This document shows, in pieces, positions 54,947 through 64,000 of a DNA stretch of 64,000 nt. Source of the stretch: a virus. A model generated the notes under the pieces. That model saw only the letters and a program-made list of their open reading frames with translations. It ran no database searches and was not told the DNA's origin. The DNA lies in UHGV virus genome UHGV-0027388. The stretch is one strand, 5' to 3'. The translations under genes and the position numbers were made by a program. Each line of letters starts with the position of its first letter. Positions within the stretch are counted from its first letter, which is position 1.

Positions 54947-56866
54947 ATGGCGAAGATAAGCGAATACCCTAAATCGACATCGTTTACAGCTAACGATGTG
55001 CTACTCAAAGATGGATCTGGCGGGACCAGAATTATAACTTGGGAGGATGCAGCGGCACAATTCGGGCGTCAAATCGGTGTGCCAGCTATACAGACCGACA
55101 TTGCTACGTTAAAAACCGAAGCCTCTGACACCGCATCAGATGTTGCCGCGCTGGAGGAATCAGTATCAGCGGCGAAAGATGACATTGCCGCCCTGCAATC
55201 AACCACGAAAACACAAGGAACTCAAATCTCCTCACTTGAAGCTAAAGACTTAGAGCAGGATGAGAAAATCGGAGAAAATGCCGATGGAATCGCACAGGCA
55301 GATAAGGAAATCGAAGCCATAAAGAAATCTGTCTCCGATCTGTCGCAAAAGATAGATGACACGGCCCTTGACGTCCTGTTCCGCTTTCCCCGGACCGGCA
55401 AAATCTACACAGTTAAAATCCCAAAATTCTCCGCCAACCAGACTACGGTCTGCGAAAAGCTGGACGACAACGCCGGTCTGGTCTGTGAACCCTCCACAGA
55501 CAGCGTAGAGGGACAGGACGATTATGCGGACATACCGTTGTTTAGGTGGTATAACTGCAATTATGTTAGAGACCAATACGGCCACGCCGCGCCGACGGCA
55601 ATTGAGGGACTGAGCGAGGATTACGTCACCAGCGGTAATGTGGATGTGGGTGTCATTCAGATGGCCCCGTACATCAAGTGGGACAACAGCAACGAGGCCT
55701 ACACTATCCTGTCTATCACAGACTCCCCAAAGGATGGCTACACGCTCTGGAGCACCGCTCGGAGCAATGGTGTACACTATCCCTATGTGATACATTCCAA
55801 ATATTTCAGCGGAGGCGCCTCGGACGGATTGCTGCGCTCCTTGCCCGGCCTAGCCCCGGCGCGGAATCAGTCGCATAACAATATCATTACCAATTATGCA
55901 AAAAAGGGAGATGGCTATTTCGGAGCAGGAGAAGATCGCAACACTTGGCAGATCGTGTTTACGCTCATCAAGTATGCCACAAAATCCAGTCAAGCCAAAT
56001 TTGCCGGGTGTACTGCATATAACTATCAATATCCCGCCAGCATCCAAAGAACCGAAAAGCTGACCTATTTCCCGCTGACCAAAGCGCAAGCTACAAATCT
56101 CGTTATTGGTTCCGGCGTGTCTGTTGGCTACGGAGCTAAATCAAACGATAATACTACGGTAAATACCGATAGAGGAGTATCGACGATGCACGCATACGCG
56201 GACAATGCGATAATCCTAAAAATTGAGGATTTGGATGAAGAAAACTCGGCAGTCTATTTGGACATTACTGACGGCTTTGATACTATGCCAGTTGCGCTAT
56301 CTGAAACGCTGAGTGCCCCTATCACGTTATCCACGATGTTCTGGTATAGCGGGGCGACCGACGCAGTAAAAGCGCACCATGATGGAAGCCCAGGAAGCAA
56401 TACTGATAGTAAGCGCCCATACCGAGTGCAAGGCGTTGAATATGCCGTCGGCGGGTATTTTGCGGCAGCCAACGTAGAGCTTATGTTTCAGGCTGATGGT
56501 TCCAGTAAAAGTGTCCTTGTGGCACCCGCTGGGCAAAAGAATACAAGCGATGAGGCAGCTATTCGCAGCACGCACACCAATGTAGGCACTATTCCCGGCG
56601 GAAATCCACCAACTGGAGACTTTTGGATTGGAGACATCGATATGGACGTGGAAACCTGTGTAACTTGGGCGTCCGCCGAAGGCTCCGGAAGCAACACCGG
56701 CGTAGGAGATAATCTTTACGGCGGAGGCACAAGTGTTGCGGTCAATACTCTGCGAGAGTATCTGCGATGCGGCTACATCATGGTCAGGTCGAATTCCGGT
56801 TCCTCGTGTACGCTTTGCTGGAACGGGCTTGGGAGCTCGGGCTGGCACTTCCTCACCGCCGATTGA
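54947..56866 (+). CDS. tail fibre/tail spike-like protein with coiled-coil N-terminus
   Basis: 639 aa. Confidence 0.45.
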   Translation: MAKISEYPKSTSFTANDVLLKDGSGGTRIITWEDAAAQFGRQIGVPAIQTDIATLKTEASDTASDVAALEESVSAAKDDIAALQSTTKTQGTQISSLEAKDLEQDEKIGENADGIAQADKEIEAIKKSVSDLSQKIDDTALDVLFRFPRTGKIYTVKIPKFSANQTTVCEKLDDNAGLVCEPSTDSVEGQDDYADIPLFRWYNCNYVRDQYGHAAPTAIEGLSEDYVTSGNVDVGVIQMAPYIKWDNSNEAYTILSITDSPKDGYTLWSTARSNGVHYPYVIHSKYFSGGASDGLLRSLPGLAPARNQSHNNIITNYAKKGDGYFGAGEDRNTWQIVFTLIKYATKSSQAKFAGCTAYNYQYPASIQRTEKLTYFPLTKAQATNLVIGSGVSVGYGAKSNDNTTVNTDRGVSTMHAYADNAIILKIEDLDEENSAVYLDITDGFDTMPVALSETLSAPITLSTMFWYSGATDAVKAHHDGSPGSNTDSKRPYRVQGVEYAVGGYFAAANVELMFQADGSSKSVLVAPAGQKNTSDEAAIRSTHTNVGTIPGGNPPTGDFWIGDIDMDVETCVTWASAEGSGSNTGVGDNLYGGGTSVAVNTLREYLRCGYIMVRSNSGSSCTLCWNGLGSSGWHFLTAD

Positions 56867-57038
56867 CCCTCCCACGGAGTGAATCCCGCGAAGCGGGAGA
56901 GGGACTTCCCCCTTGAGGGTCGGCGGCAGGCGCAGAAATGCGCCAGTTATGCCGGTATAAAAAACACCAGCTCTATCAAGCTGGCAAAGAAATACAAAAT
57001 ATACAGGACAATCAAGTTATCAAAAGGAGTGATAGCCC

Positions 57039-57341
57039 ATGAAAGCAATCTTCGATACACCGCAGCTCCCTGTCAAGGTAATCGAGGATGGTAACAAGGT
57101 ATATGCCTTTATCGCCGTCAACGGAGAATGGACGGAACATAAGTACAGCGACGAGCAGCCCACGCAGAAGGTGTGGGAGTGCGACTACCGCGAGATCGTG
57201 ACCACACGCGGCAAAATTGACCTAGACGCACTAAAGGCAAGCCCGGAGAACTATTTGGACTGGGTGGAACCAGAGGCGGATGACCCGCTGACCGACATCC
57301 AGCTTGCATTGGCAGAGCTGTACGAAATGATTGGAGGCTGA
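57039..57341 (+). CDS. hypothetical protein
   Basis: AAAAGGAGTGA RBS. Confidence 0.45.
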   Translation: MKAIFDTPQLPVKVIEDGNKVYAFIAVNGEWTEHKYSDEQPTQKVWECDYREIVTTRGKIDLDALKASPENYLDWVEPEADDPLTDIQLALAELYEMIGG

Positions 57342-57345
57342 TGAT

Positions 57346-57456
57346 ATGGCAAAAATCTACGCCGAACTGGTGCGCAAGGGTTTGCGCACGCTGGACTCTG
57401 TACCCGCAAAGCTCCGGGCGCAGGTCGAAAAAATCCTAAAGGAGGAAACCGCATGA
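57346..57456 (+). CDS. small XkdX-like protein (36 aa)
   Basis: MAKIYAELVRKGLRTLDSVPAKLRAQVEKILKEETA. Confidence 0.3.
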   Translation: MAKIYAELVRKGLRTLDSVPAKLRAQVEKILKEETA

Positions 57457-57674
57457 AAAAGCTGAAATACCTTATCGCCACCGCCGCCCTTGCGGCCTGT
57501 CTGATCGGAAGCGCATCCGCCGTCACACCGCCATACAAGCCGCCAAAGCTGCCTGATATGTCCGACGTCAAAATTGAGGTCAGCGTCCCCAAGTTGAAGT
57601 TTTCTCCCGGCTATTTTGATTATCTGTTTAAGAATATCAAAATTCCGGTGGACAAGCTACCCAAAACCAAGTAA
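57453..57674 (+). CDS. small secreted lipoprotein (lipobox LAAC)
   Basis: signal peptide MKKLKYLIATAALAAC. Confidence 0.5.
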   Translation: MKKLKYLIATAALAACLIGSASAVTPPYKPPKLPDMSDVKIEVSVPKLKFSPGYFDYLFKNIKIPVDKLPKTK

Positions 57675-57725
57675 ATATGGAAATTTAAGCGAAAAACATT
57701 ACAAGTAAAGAGGGGAATTTAGACT

Positions 57726-57989
57726 ATGAATATTAACTGGAAACTAAGATTTCAAAATAAGACTACTCTGACCGCAATCGTTCTGGCCTTTGTGGCGCTG
57801 GTGTACCAGGTTCTTTCCCTTATCGGCATTGTTCCGCCCGTGAGCGAAAGCCAAATCGTTGAAGTTGTCGGCATGGTCATCAATCTTCTGTGCCTCCTGG
57901 GCATAGTGGTTGACCCGACCACAAGCGGAATCACAGACAGTCAACAAGCCCTCACTTACGAAAAGCCAAAGGAGGCTGACAATAAATGA
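57726..57989 (+). CDS. holin
   Basis: 87 aa, two TM helices, charged C-terminus, directly upstream of the amidase. Confidence 0.6.
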   Translation: MNINWKLRFQNKTTLTAIVLAFVALVYQVLSLIGIVPPVSESQIVEVVGMVINLLCLLGIVVDPTTSGITDSQQALTYEKPKEADNK

Positions 57990-58894
57990 TTGTCAACGTA
58001 CATGGCGGCCACAACCGCATTGTCCCCGGTGCGTCCGGGTATCTGGATGAGGTGACCGAGGACAGAGCCGTCACCGCGCAGGTCATCGCCAAGCTCCGGG
58101 CGCTGGGGCACACCGTCTTTGACTGCACCGACGACTCCGGCCGCACGCAGGGTCAGAACCTGGCCAACATCGTCCACGCATGCAATGCCCATGCGGCTGA
58201 TCTGGATGTGAGCATCCACCTGAATTCCGGCGGCGGAACCGGAACCGAGGTTCTGGTGTATTCTGACACCGGCTCTGCGGCGGGCTATGCCGTCAAAATC
58301 TGCGCGGCCATCTCCGAGCTTGGCTATCGCAACCGCGGTGTGAAGGAGCGCAAGAACCTCTATGTGCTCCGCCGCACCACCGCCCCCGCGCTTCTGGTGG
58401 AGTGTTGCTTTGTAGATAGCGCAGAAGATAAGGCGCTGTACGATGCGGACAAGATGGCTTCTGCTATTGTCGCTGGCATTACCGGCCAATCCGCGGCAGA
58501 TACGGACAATTCCACTGAAACTACAACTCAGGCCGCGCCTGTTGAGCCACAGTCAGGCAAACTGACCGTGGATGGAGAGATCGGTGCAGAAACAATTAAG
58601 GCATTCCAGCGGCTTTTGGGGACTCCTGTTGACGGCTACATTTCCGGCCAGTCCGTTTACCGCAAAAAATATTGGCCCGCGATTTGCGACTCTGCTTGCG
58701 GCTGGACTGGTGGCAAGTCTCAGTTTGTGGCCGCAATGCAATCTGCGGTAGGTGCATCTGTTGACGGTTCGCTGGGAAAAGGCACGGCAAGAACGTTGCA
58801 GTCTTTTTTGCGAAGCGAGGGATTCTCCTGCTCCGTTGATGGCATATTCGGCACAGAATCCGCAGAGGCGCTCCAACGCTGGCTTAACTCCTAA
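57986..58894 (+). CDS. N-acetylmuramoyl-L-alanine amidase endolysin with two C-terminal peptidoglycan-binding repeats
   Basis: Amidase_3-like N-terminal domain; DGEIGAETIKAFQRLLG and DGIFGTESAEALQRWL repeats. Confidence 0.85.
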   Translation: MIVNVHGGHNRIVPGASGYLDEVTEDRAVTAQVIAKLRALGHTVFDCTDDSGRTQGQNLANIVHACNAHAADLDVSIHLNSGGGTGTEVLVYSDTGSAAGYAVKICAAISELGYRNRGVKERKNLYVLRRTTAPALLVECCFVDSAEDKALYDADKMASAIVAGITGQSAADTDNSTETTTQAAPVEPQSGKLTVDGEIGAETIKAFQRLLGTPVDGYISGQSVYRKKYWPAICDSACGWTGGKSQFVAAMQSAVGASVDGSLGKGTARTLQSFLRSEGFSCSVDGIFGTESAEALQRWLNS

Positions 58895-58900
58895 TCAAAG

Positions 58901-58937
58901 AGAAAGACCGCCCATCTGGGCGGTCTTTCTCTCTCTC
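58901..58937. terminator. terminator hairpin AGAAAGACCGCCCA-loop-TGGGCGGTCTTTCT
   Basis: perfect inverted repeat after the endolysin stop. Confidence 0.65.
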
Positions 58938-59208
58938 AAGAGTGGGCTTCCGTGGCTTCCTTCATGCTTGCGTCAGATGCACAGTCGTTGTTCTCAGCCA
59001 GCTTCGCCGTCTCATCCTGAATGAACCCGAATGCCCAGCTGAAATAAGCTCCCATAACGTCCGTGTCACTGGCGAACTCCGAAACTTCCGACTTGTCGCA
59101 TCTGCTATCGCACATCAGTTCTGCCAGCTTCTGTGCGCTAAATGCCGTCCAGTAGATGTTGTCGCAATGGTCGTTCCTGAAATCTCTCATGCTTTTTCTG
59201 ATTGTCAT
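58936..59208 (-). CDS. acidic MTIRKSM-family protein
   Basis: MTIRKSMRDFRNDHCDNIYW...YFSWAFGFIQDE; RBS AAGGAGGA. Confidence 0.7.
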   Translation of the reverse strand: MTIRKSMRDFRNDHCDNIYWTAFSAQKLAELMCDSRCDKSEVSEFASDTDVMGAYFSWAFGFIQDETAKLAENNDCASDASMKEATEAHS

Positions 59209-59259
59209 AATAAATCCTCCTTGAATGTGTTGGTTTATCGGTATGCCATTATTATAGCA

Positions 59260-59345
59260 TGGTTACGCAATTATGCAATCATCAGTTCTTACAACTTCGC
59301 ACCACTCTATTTGTGCATTTCGCATAATTGCGCAATAATGCGAAC
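59260..59345. promoter_or_regulatory. operator region with GCAATTATGC/GCATAATTGC inverted copies
   Basis: cgcaattatgcaatc ... cgcataattgcgcaataatgcg between the divergent genes. Confidence 0.45.
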
Positions 59346-59378
59346 TATAATATAATTGCTGTGATAGGGGGTGATTGC

Positions 59379-59567
59379 TTGGGCGGAAAAACAAGTGCAG
59401 CCAGCAAGAATAAATGGATTGCAAAAACCTATGACCGCATCAACCTGACTGTACCAAAGGGGAAGAAGGCCGAAATTCAAGCGTTCGCCGCGAACAGGGG
59501 AGAGAGCGTGAATGGCTTTATCAATCGTGTCATTGATGAAACAATGGAGCGGGATGATGGCCAATGA
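59379..59567 (+). CDS. Arc/MetJ-type RHH regulator (TTG start)
   Basis: GGGGTGAT-TGC-TTG mirrors the AAGGGGTGATGCAATG start of 25699; KGKKAEIQAFAANRGESVNGFINRVIDE. Confidence 0.55.
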   Translation: MGGKTSAASKNKWIAKTYDRINLTVPKGKKAEIQAFAANRGESVNGFINRVIDETMERDDGQ

Positions 59568-59677
59568 AAGGTACTTTTAAATTTTCTGTGCGCCTCAGTC
59601 ATTTTATTATTAGTTTCAATCAATAGAATAGGATGAGCAAAAGCCCGCCGCAAGGTTACTCCTGCGGCGGGCTTATC

Positions 59678-60760
59678 TTATGCATCCCCCAAGCGCAATT
59701 GCGCATCTTGTTCCTCCACAATTCGAGCAAGCATCTGTTCGTTTCGCTTTGCTTGCTTGTCTCGCGCATCCATGACGCGCTGGGCGGACTCTCTGGCTCT
59801 CCGTGGCATAAGACGCCCAGAATAAATTTGCGTCGTTTTCGGGCTTGAGTGGCCCAATTTAGCCTGTAATTCCTCCATGCGCATACCTGAGTTTAAGTCC
59901 ACTCTTGCGCATATGTGCCGCAAATCGTGAGAGCGTATGCCTTCTACGCCCACAACGTTTCTGACGTGCCGCTCAATCAGCGCCGAAAGCCATTGAGACG
60001 TGCCCCTTTTCCATGTGACTTCGCTCGTTTCCGTGCCGCTCAGTCGTTTTGGTTCCCCGGTGGTGCCAAACAAATAATCCGTGTCGCTCAACGAATCCGG
60101 GCGGAGTCCACTTGCAAGATACAACTCTAACGCTGTTTTCGCAATCTGCGGCAAGTCTACGACTCTGAATTTGTTCCCCTTTCCGCTCCTGACTGTCACC
60201 TCGTTATAGTCAAAGTCAATGTCAGAAAGCCGCAAATCCAGAACTTCCGCATTTCTGAGACCGGTCGCCATGATGAAAACCACAATCGCATAATTGCGCG
60301 GCCAGTAGCGCAAATGGCTCTGATCGATATGTTCCCGGTTCATATAGAGAGCTGCAATCTCATCATCAGTCAGGAGTATGTCGTATGGCTTTTCACTTTC
60401 CTTCGGCATATCAGGGATTAGAGAGCTTGGAACTGGGTTTTGCTTATAGTACACATTGCCTTTCCCACGCGCCTTATCTGATGCCCACTTGAAAAATGTG
60501 TGCAGCTCGATTAGGTACAGCCTCGCGGTGACAACGGAGGTAGACGCTATAAGCTCATCTCTCCATTCCTGAGCCACAACGAAGCACGGCCCCTTCCTGC
60601 GTCTTGCCGGGTCATCCAGCATGAAATTATAGAAGTAGCCGAGAGTTTTACGGTAGCAGTCCACGGTTTTAGCCGACCTTCCGACAGCTTGGCAGTTCCG
60701 CAAATACTGATCTGTGGCTTCTTCATATACAGCCATCTTAGACTTCATAAACCTGAACAC
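59678..60760 (-). CDS. tyrosine recombinase/integrase (XerD-like)
   Basis: R...HDLRH...LGH...Y catalytic motifs and N-terminal core-binding domain. Confidence 0.9.
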   Translation of the reverse strand: MFRFMKSKMAVYEEATDQYLRNCQAVGRSAKTVDCYRKTLGYFYNFMLDDPARRRKGPCFVVAQEWRDELIASTSVVTARLYLIELHTFFKWASDKARGKGNVYYKQNPVPSSLIPDMPKESEKPYDILLTDDEIAALYMNREHIDQSHLRYWPRNYAIVVFIMATGLRNAEVLDLRLSDIDFDYNEVTVRSGKGNKFRVVDLPQIAKTALELYLASGLRPDSLSDTDYLFGTTGEPKRLSGTETSEVTWKRGTSQWLSALIERHVRNVVGVEGIRSHDLRHICARVDLNSGMRMEELQAKLGHSSPKTTQIYSGRLMPRRARESAQRVMDARDKQAKRNEQMLARIVEEQDAQLRLGDA

Positions 60761-60832
60761 TTTCCTTTTCCTCCCCGAACTTCTACCTAGTTCTGTTCTG
60801 CACCAGAACTTTTACCATATTTTCTGCTGGCC

Positions 60833-61420
60833 TCACTCGACTTGCCACGGGTCAAGTTTGCTCCTATCAATAGAGGCACCATCCAACTTCGCGCCGGAGA
60901 AATCCACTCCGCCGAGATCAACGGCCATAAGGTCCGCACCGGACATATCAGCTCCAATCATCTTAGCTTGCGACAGGTGCGCACCAGAAAAATCAGCATC
61001 GTGTGCCGAGACAGAACTAAAATCCGCATTTGGAGCAAACGCCTTAGAGAAATTGCACCCATCCAGTTTAGCGCCACGGAAAGAAGCACCGTATGCGCGC
61101 ACACCTGAGAAATCCGCATGAGACAAATCCGCATCAACAAAATTTGCCTCGTCAACACTCGCCCCAGCGAAACACGCGCCGCTCAAATCGCAAGCCCAGA
61201 ACCTAGCGTAATCGCCCATTTTCAAACCAGAGAAATCAGCACCCTTGCAAACGGTCTGACTGAAATCAACTCCGGCCAAGAATGGCACATATAGATCACT
61301 GTGCGCAAAATCCACATCGGAGAAATCTGCACGAATGCCGTTCTTTCCGTTGCTGTTTACCCAGTCACGATGCAGCGCCAGAGCATCATCGAGTTCGTCC
61401 ATCGTAATAGTCTTTTTCAT
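60833..61420 (-). CDS. pentapeptide-repeat protein (Qnr/MfpA-like architecture, 195 aa)
   Basis: tandem A(D/N)FSGA.L pentapeptide units throughout; RBS GGAGGG before ATG 61420. Confidence 0.8.
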   Translation of the reverse strand: MKKTITMDELDDALALHRDWVNSNGKNGIRADFSDVDFAHSDLYVPFLAGVDFSQTVCKGADFSGLKMGDYARFWACDLSGACFAGASVDEANFVDADLSHADFSGVRAYGASFRGAKLDGCNFSKAFAPNADFSSVSAHDADFSGAHLSQAKMIGADMSGADLMAVDLGGVDFSGAKLDGASIDRSKLDPWQVE

Positions 61421-61446
61421 AGTTATTCCCTCCAAAGGCGCGGATT

Positions 61447-61740
61447 TCAATTAGTTCTTTCTGCTCCGTCTTCCGCTACCACATATCTTTCCGTTACTTC
61501 ATCCAGTTTCAGGACAACATCCGGATTTCCCCTGATTCGCGCTTTGAGTTTCCGCAACTGCGCATACGCTTCTCTTTCGTAATCATCTATTTCTTTTTCG
61601 GAGTATTCGCTGTGGAGGATGCCGTAGCCAATGTTATCCTCAATAATGGCTTCTTCGTGCTTTTTGACATCCCTGTACGGTACTTTGCCAATGCTTCCAT
61701 CGCTATTTAAGACTGATATGTATTCTGGGTATGCGTTCAT
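61447..61740 (-). CDS. hypothetical protein (97 aa)
   Basis: RBS GGGGGT 7 nt before ATG 61740. Confidence 0.45.
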   Translation of the reverse strand: MNAYPEYISVLNSDGSIGKVPYRDVKKHEEAIIEDNIGYGILHSEYSEKEIDDYEREAYAQLRKLKARIRGNPDVVLKLDEVTERYVVAEDGAERTN

Positions 61741-61741
61741 T

Positions 61742-62086
61742 TCAATTACCCCCGCTTTTCTGACTTTTGGCCTTCTTGCGTTCTCTGCACCGCTTAACCC
61801 TGACGGCATTGCACGTTTTGTTTTCCGTCAAATAGCTACCCTTTTGATAGGGCGTGTTGACCGAAACGGAGGAGCTGGAAACTCCGAGCAGCTCCGCTAT
61901 ATCCTTGAGCGGCATTCCTGCCGCACGGAGTTCCGCAATTCTGCGAGTCATTGCAGTCTCCACAACGCCCGCGCCAATCAGGTGCTTACGCACAACGCCC
62001 TCGGAGATTCCCAATTCCCTCGCGGTCGCCTTGATTGATTTTCGCCTATTGTAGGTACTCAAAACCAGTTGCTCACTAATGTTCAT
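61742..62086 (-). CDS. HTH DNA-binding protein (sigma-70 region 4/LuxR-like)
   Basis: SIKATARELGISEGVVRKH and LKDIAELLGVSSSSVS motifs. Confidence 0.55.
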   Translation of the reverse strand: MNISEQLVLSTYNRRKSIKATARELGISEGVVRKHLIGAGVVETAMTRRIAELRAAGMPLKDIAELLGVSSSSVSVNTPYQKGSYLTENKTCNAVRVKRCRERKKAKSQKSGGN

Positions 62087-62225
62087 TTTGCCCCTCACTT
62101 CCGCCTTCGCAAATAGCCCTTTCTTTTATTGCCTTTATAGATTTTATCACGCGCAGACGCCAATTTCCACACATTTCGCTTTCCCGCATCTTTTGGCTTC
62201 GCTGTTCTGCGCCGTACTTCACAAG

Positions 62226-62435
62226 TCATTTCACGATGTACAGCCTCGGAGTCTCAGCTGCCCGTTTCCGGGCGTTCTGCTGTTTCGCGTGTCTCTGCGC
62301 ATCCCGCATCATCGACCGATACAGCCGCACCAGAAGGAGCAAAACAGCCTCCTTCACGGCGTAGCAGATACCAGCCAAAACCATCCCCAAAGCACTCAGA
62401 CCAAGAATCAGGCCGATAGAAACAGAGTAACTCAT
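62226..62435 (-). CDS. small membrane protein (70 aa)
   Basis: AAGGAGGGG RBS; one long hydrophobic helix. Confidence 0.45.
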   Translation of the reverse strand: MSYSVSIGLILGLSALGMVLAGICYAVKEAVLLLLVRLYRSMMRDAQRHAKQQNARKRAAETPRLYIVK

Positions 62436-62521
62436 ATTTTGCCCCTCCTTAAAGGTACTTTTAAATTTTCTGTGCGCCTCAGTCAATCACAGATTATCAG
62501 GTTAATTACAGAATTTTGTTT

Positions 62522-63145
62522 TTATTTGCTGGAATATGCCGATAGTTCCACGAAATCGGAGAACACAGGGGTTGAAACGTCTCCGAAAATGACAAGTGCC
62601 CGCTTGCGCTGGCGGTCATAAACCGCTGCATATGGCCATTCTTCCGAATATCTCCGCGCATCAGCTATTGCATCGTTCAGCCTGTTAAAGTCCATCATTT
62701 CGTCGCTTCCGCAATCATTCGCCCACACGACTACTTGATAACGCGGCGCTTTCGGTTTTACATCGTCGTAACAGTCCGGCTCCTCTAGAGTCGGCTCCGC
62801 ACTGATAAGCTCGTAGTACTCCCACATTCTATCTTTATCGCTGACTTTCTCCATCTTCTCGCGCAGAACAGAGATACAGTTAAAAGCCGTTTTCTGTGCG
62901 TCCTCTCTGGTTTTGCCCTTCGTGAAGCAAATGCCGATACCAGGAACAATGACGAACCACGCATTCCCTTTGATTTTGTAATAGCGGAAAACTCCGTCAG
63001 TCCAGCCGCTCACCTCGTTTGCGCTCAGTTCCCCGTTGTGGCTCCGCATCGTGTAAAAGTCGCACTTGCGGAATCTTCCGGGCGCCCTGTAAAGCGTCCC
63101 AAGAATTTCCTGTCTCGCCTGTTCAATTTTATCGTGATCCATCAT
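62522..63145 (-). CDS. hypothetical protein
   Basis: ORF. Confidence 0.45.
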   Translation of the reverse strand: MMDHDKIEQARQEILGTLYRAPGRFRKCDFYTMRSHNGELSANEVSGWTDGVFRYYKIKGNAWFVIVPGIGICFTKGKTREDAQKTAFNCISVLREKMEKVSDKDRMWEYYELISAEPTLEEPDCYDDVKPKAPRYQVVVWANDCGSDEMMDFNRLNDAIADARRYSEEWPYAAVYDRQRKRALVIFGDVSTPVFSDFVELSAYSSK

Positions 63146-63276
63146 CTGAAATTCCTCCCGAACTTTTGCGCTGCGCTGTTTTGTGCTGCGCTCCCGGACT
63201 TTTTGAAGTCCCCTGTAAACTCCTGTACGCCTCAGCGGTTCCGGCTTGTTTCCTGTGAGCCTCGGCGGGCGGCCTT

Positions 63277-63870
63277 TTAGGCCGCTCCGCTCCTCCAGCG
63301 CCGGAACACTTCTAGCGCCTTTTGTTCGTTGCGTTTATAAAGGATTTGCAGGAAGAAAGCCGCCGCCGCTCGTCCCTCCTCGGTTTTCGGGTCCTCCAGC
63401 ATTACGGCCTCGGCTAGTGCATCATCTGGCAGCATTTCGGCCGCGTCTGTAATGTCCTGGATTTCTTGTTTTTTGCGCTCGATGGCCTCCAACACCCACG
63501 GCGCAAAAGTGACATTGACCACTTCGGCGGGCTTGGCTTCGGTGGCGCTGTCCTCCGGTAGGTTATAGCCGTTTGCGGCGTACTCCTCCACAGTCAAACC
63601 GGCAGCGCTTGCCTCGTCGGCGATCTCGTGCCGGACCTTATCGGCATAAACGGACATTTCCAGCAGTTCCGCGACGTGCTCAATTTTTGCGGCTTGATCG
63701 TCGTTCCCGTCTTTCCGGGACCACTCCGCGAAATAACGAATATGCGCAATTAACCCGCCGTCGTTGTCGCCCAAGTCATAGCGGCCTTCATAGGTGCATT
63801 CTTCCCCGCCCTCGTCATAAATGACGCAAAAGGACGTTTTCCAATAGCCGCCATTCTCGGCGGCTTTCAT
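63277..63870 (-). CDS. hypothetical acidic protein
   Basis: ORF. Confidence 0.45.
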   Translation of the reverse strand: MKAAENGGYWKTSFCVIYDEGGEECTYEGRYDLGDNDGGLIAHIRYFAEWSRKDGNDDQAAKIEHVAELLEMSVYADKVRHEIADEASAAGLTVEEYAANGYNLPEDSATEAKPAEVVNVTFAPWVLEAIERKKQEIQDITDAAEMLPDDALAEAVMLEDPKTEEGRAAAAFFLQILYKRNEQKALEVFRRWRSGAA

Positions 63871-64000
63871 CTCGTCGAAATGCCTAAAGATGATTTCAGC
63901 GGCAGCAGGGGAAAGCTCAAGCTCTCCATCTTTCCACGCATAAAAAGCGCCATATTCCGACCAATTAACCCGGATTACAGGCTCACCGCTGTTCTGCGGG

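Larger units (their letters stand above)
5900..58935. mobile_element. siphovirus-like prophage, about 53 kb (int through endolysin); attachment boundaries not resolved
   Basis: collinear lysogeny, replication, packaging, head, tail and lysis modules between the integrase at 6012 and the amidase ending at 58894. Confidence 0.7.
59567..62485. mobile_element. 2.9-kb integrase cassette bounded by perfect 35-bp direct repeats (AAAGGTACTTTTAAATTTTCTGTGCGCCTCAGTCA)
   Basis: identical 35-mers at 59567-59601 and 62451-62485; integrase abuts the left repeat; all five internal genes are on the minus strand. Confidence 0.6.

Noticed and set aside
56879-57094. ORF 56879..57094 (71 aa)
   Set aside because: It starts inside a terminator-like hairpin cluster right after the tail fibre gene and has no RBS. 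The downstream gene 57039..57341 has a strong RBS, so this ORF is likely non-coding.
57956-58489. 177-aa minus-strand ORF inside the amidase gene
   Set aside because: It is antisense to a gene with clear amidase and peptidoglycan-binding motifs.

Overview
This 64-kb window is a Gram-positive-type (Firmicutes/Clostridia-like) accessory region with strong GGAGG ribosome-binding sites. It carries at least two mobile elements plus decayed remnants of a third. From left to right it contains the following.

(1) Two small operons (84..665 on + and 2192..2770 on -), each encoding a ribbon-helix-helix (RHH) regulator followed by a strongly acidic ~90-aa protein. They flank an 8-gene tRNA cluster on the minus strand (1823..702: Thr, Thr, Pro, Ser, Leu, Gly, Ile2/Met-CAU, Gln) and point into it.

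(2) A decayed integration hotspot (2954..5830). It holds a second autoregulated RHH gene, a 20-codon fragment of the acidic family, an N-terminal integrase remnant and dense direct-repeat arrays.

(3) A siphovirus-like prophage of about 53 kb (integrase at 6012..7082, endolysin at 57986..58894) with the canonical modules:
- Lysogeny: integrase, a ToxN/AbiQ-like type III toxin with upstream tandem RNA repeats, and three divergent repressor/Cro-like HTH pairs.
- Replication and recombination: YqaJ exonuclease, RecT, SSB, a DnaC-like loader and a RuvC-like resolvase.
- Anti-restriction: three Lar-like zinc-finger proteins plus an orphan DNA methyltransferase that contains a 12-G homopolymer.
- dUTPase and a MazG-like protein.
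- Packaging, head and tail genes: large terminase, portal, capsid, a 1578-aa tape measure protein, and tail fibres with internal repeats.
- Lysis cassette: XhlA-like protein, lipoprotein, holin and amidase.

(4) A 2.9-kb integrase cassette (59567..62485) bounded by perfect 35-bp direct repeats. It carries a Qnr/MfpA-like pentapeptide-repeat protein.

The most unusual signal is a five-member family of acidic ~90-aa proteins (MTIRKSM... N-terminus, W-x-WA-x-FI motif). Every copy is paired with a small RHH DNA-binding protein. The prophage attachment boundaries were not resolved.
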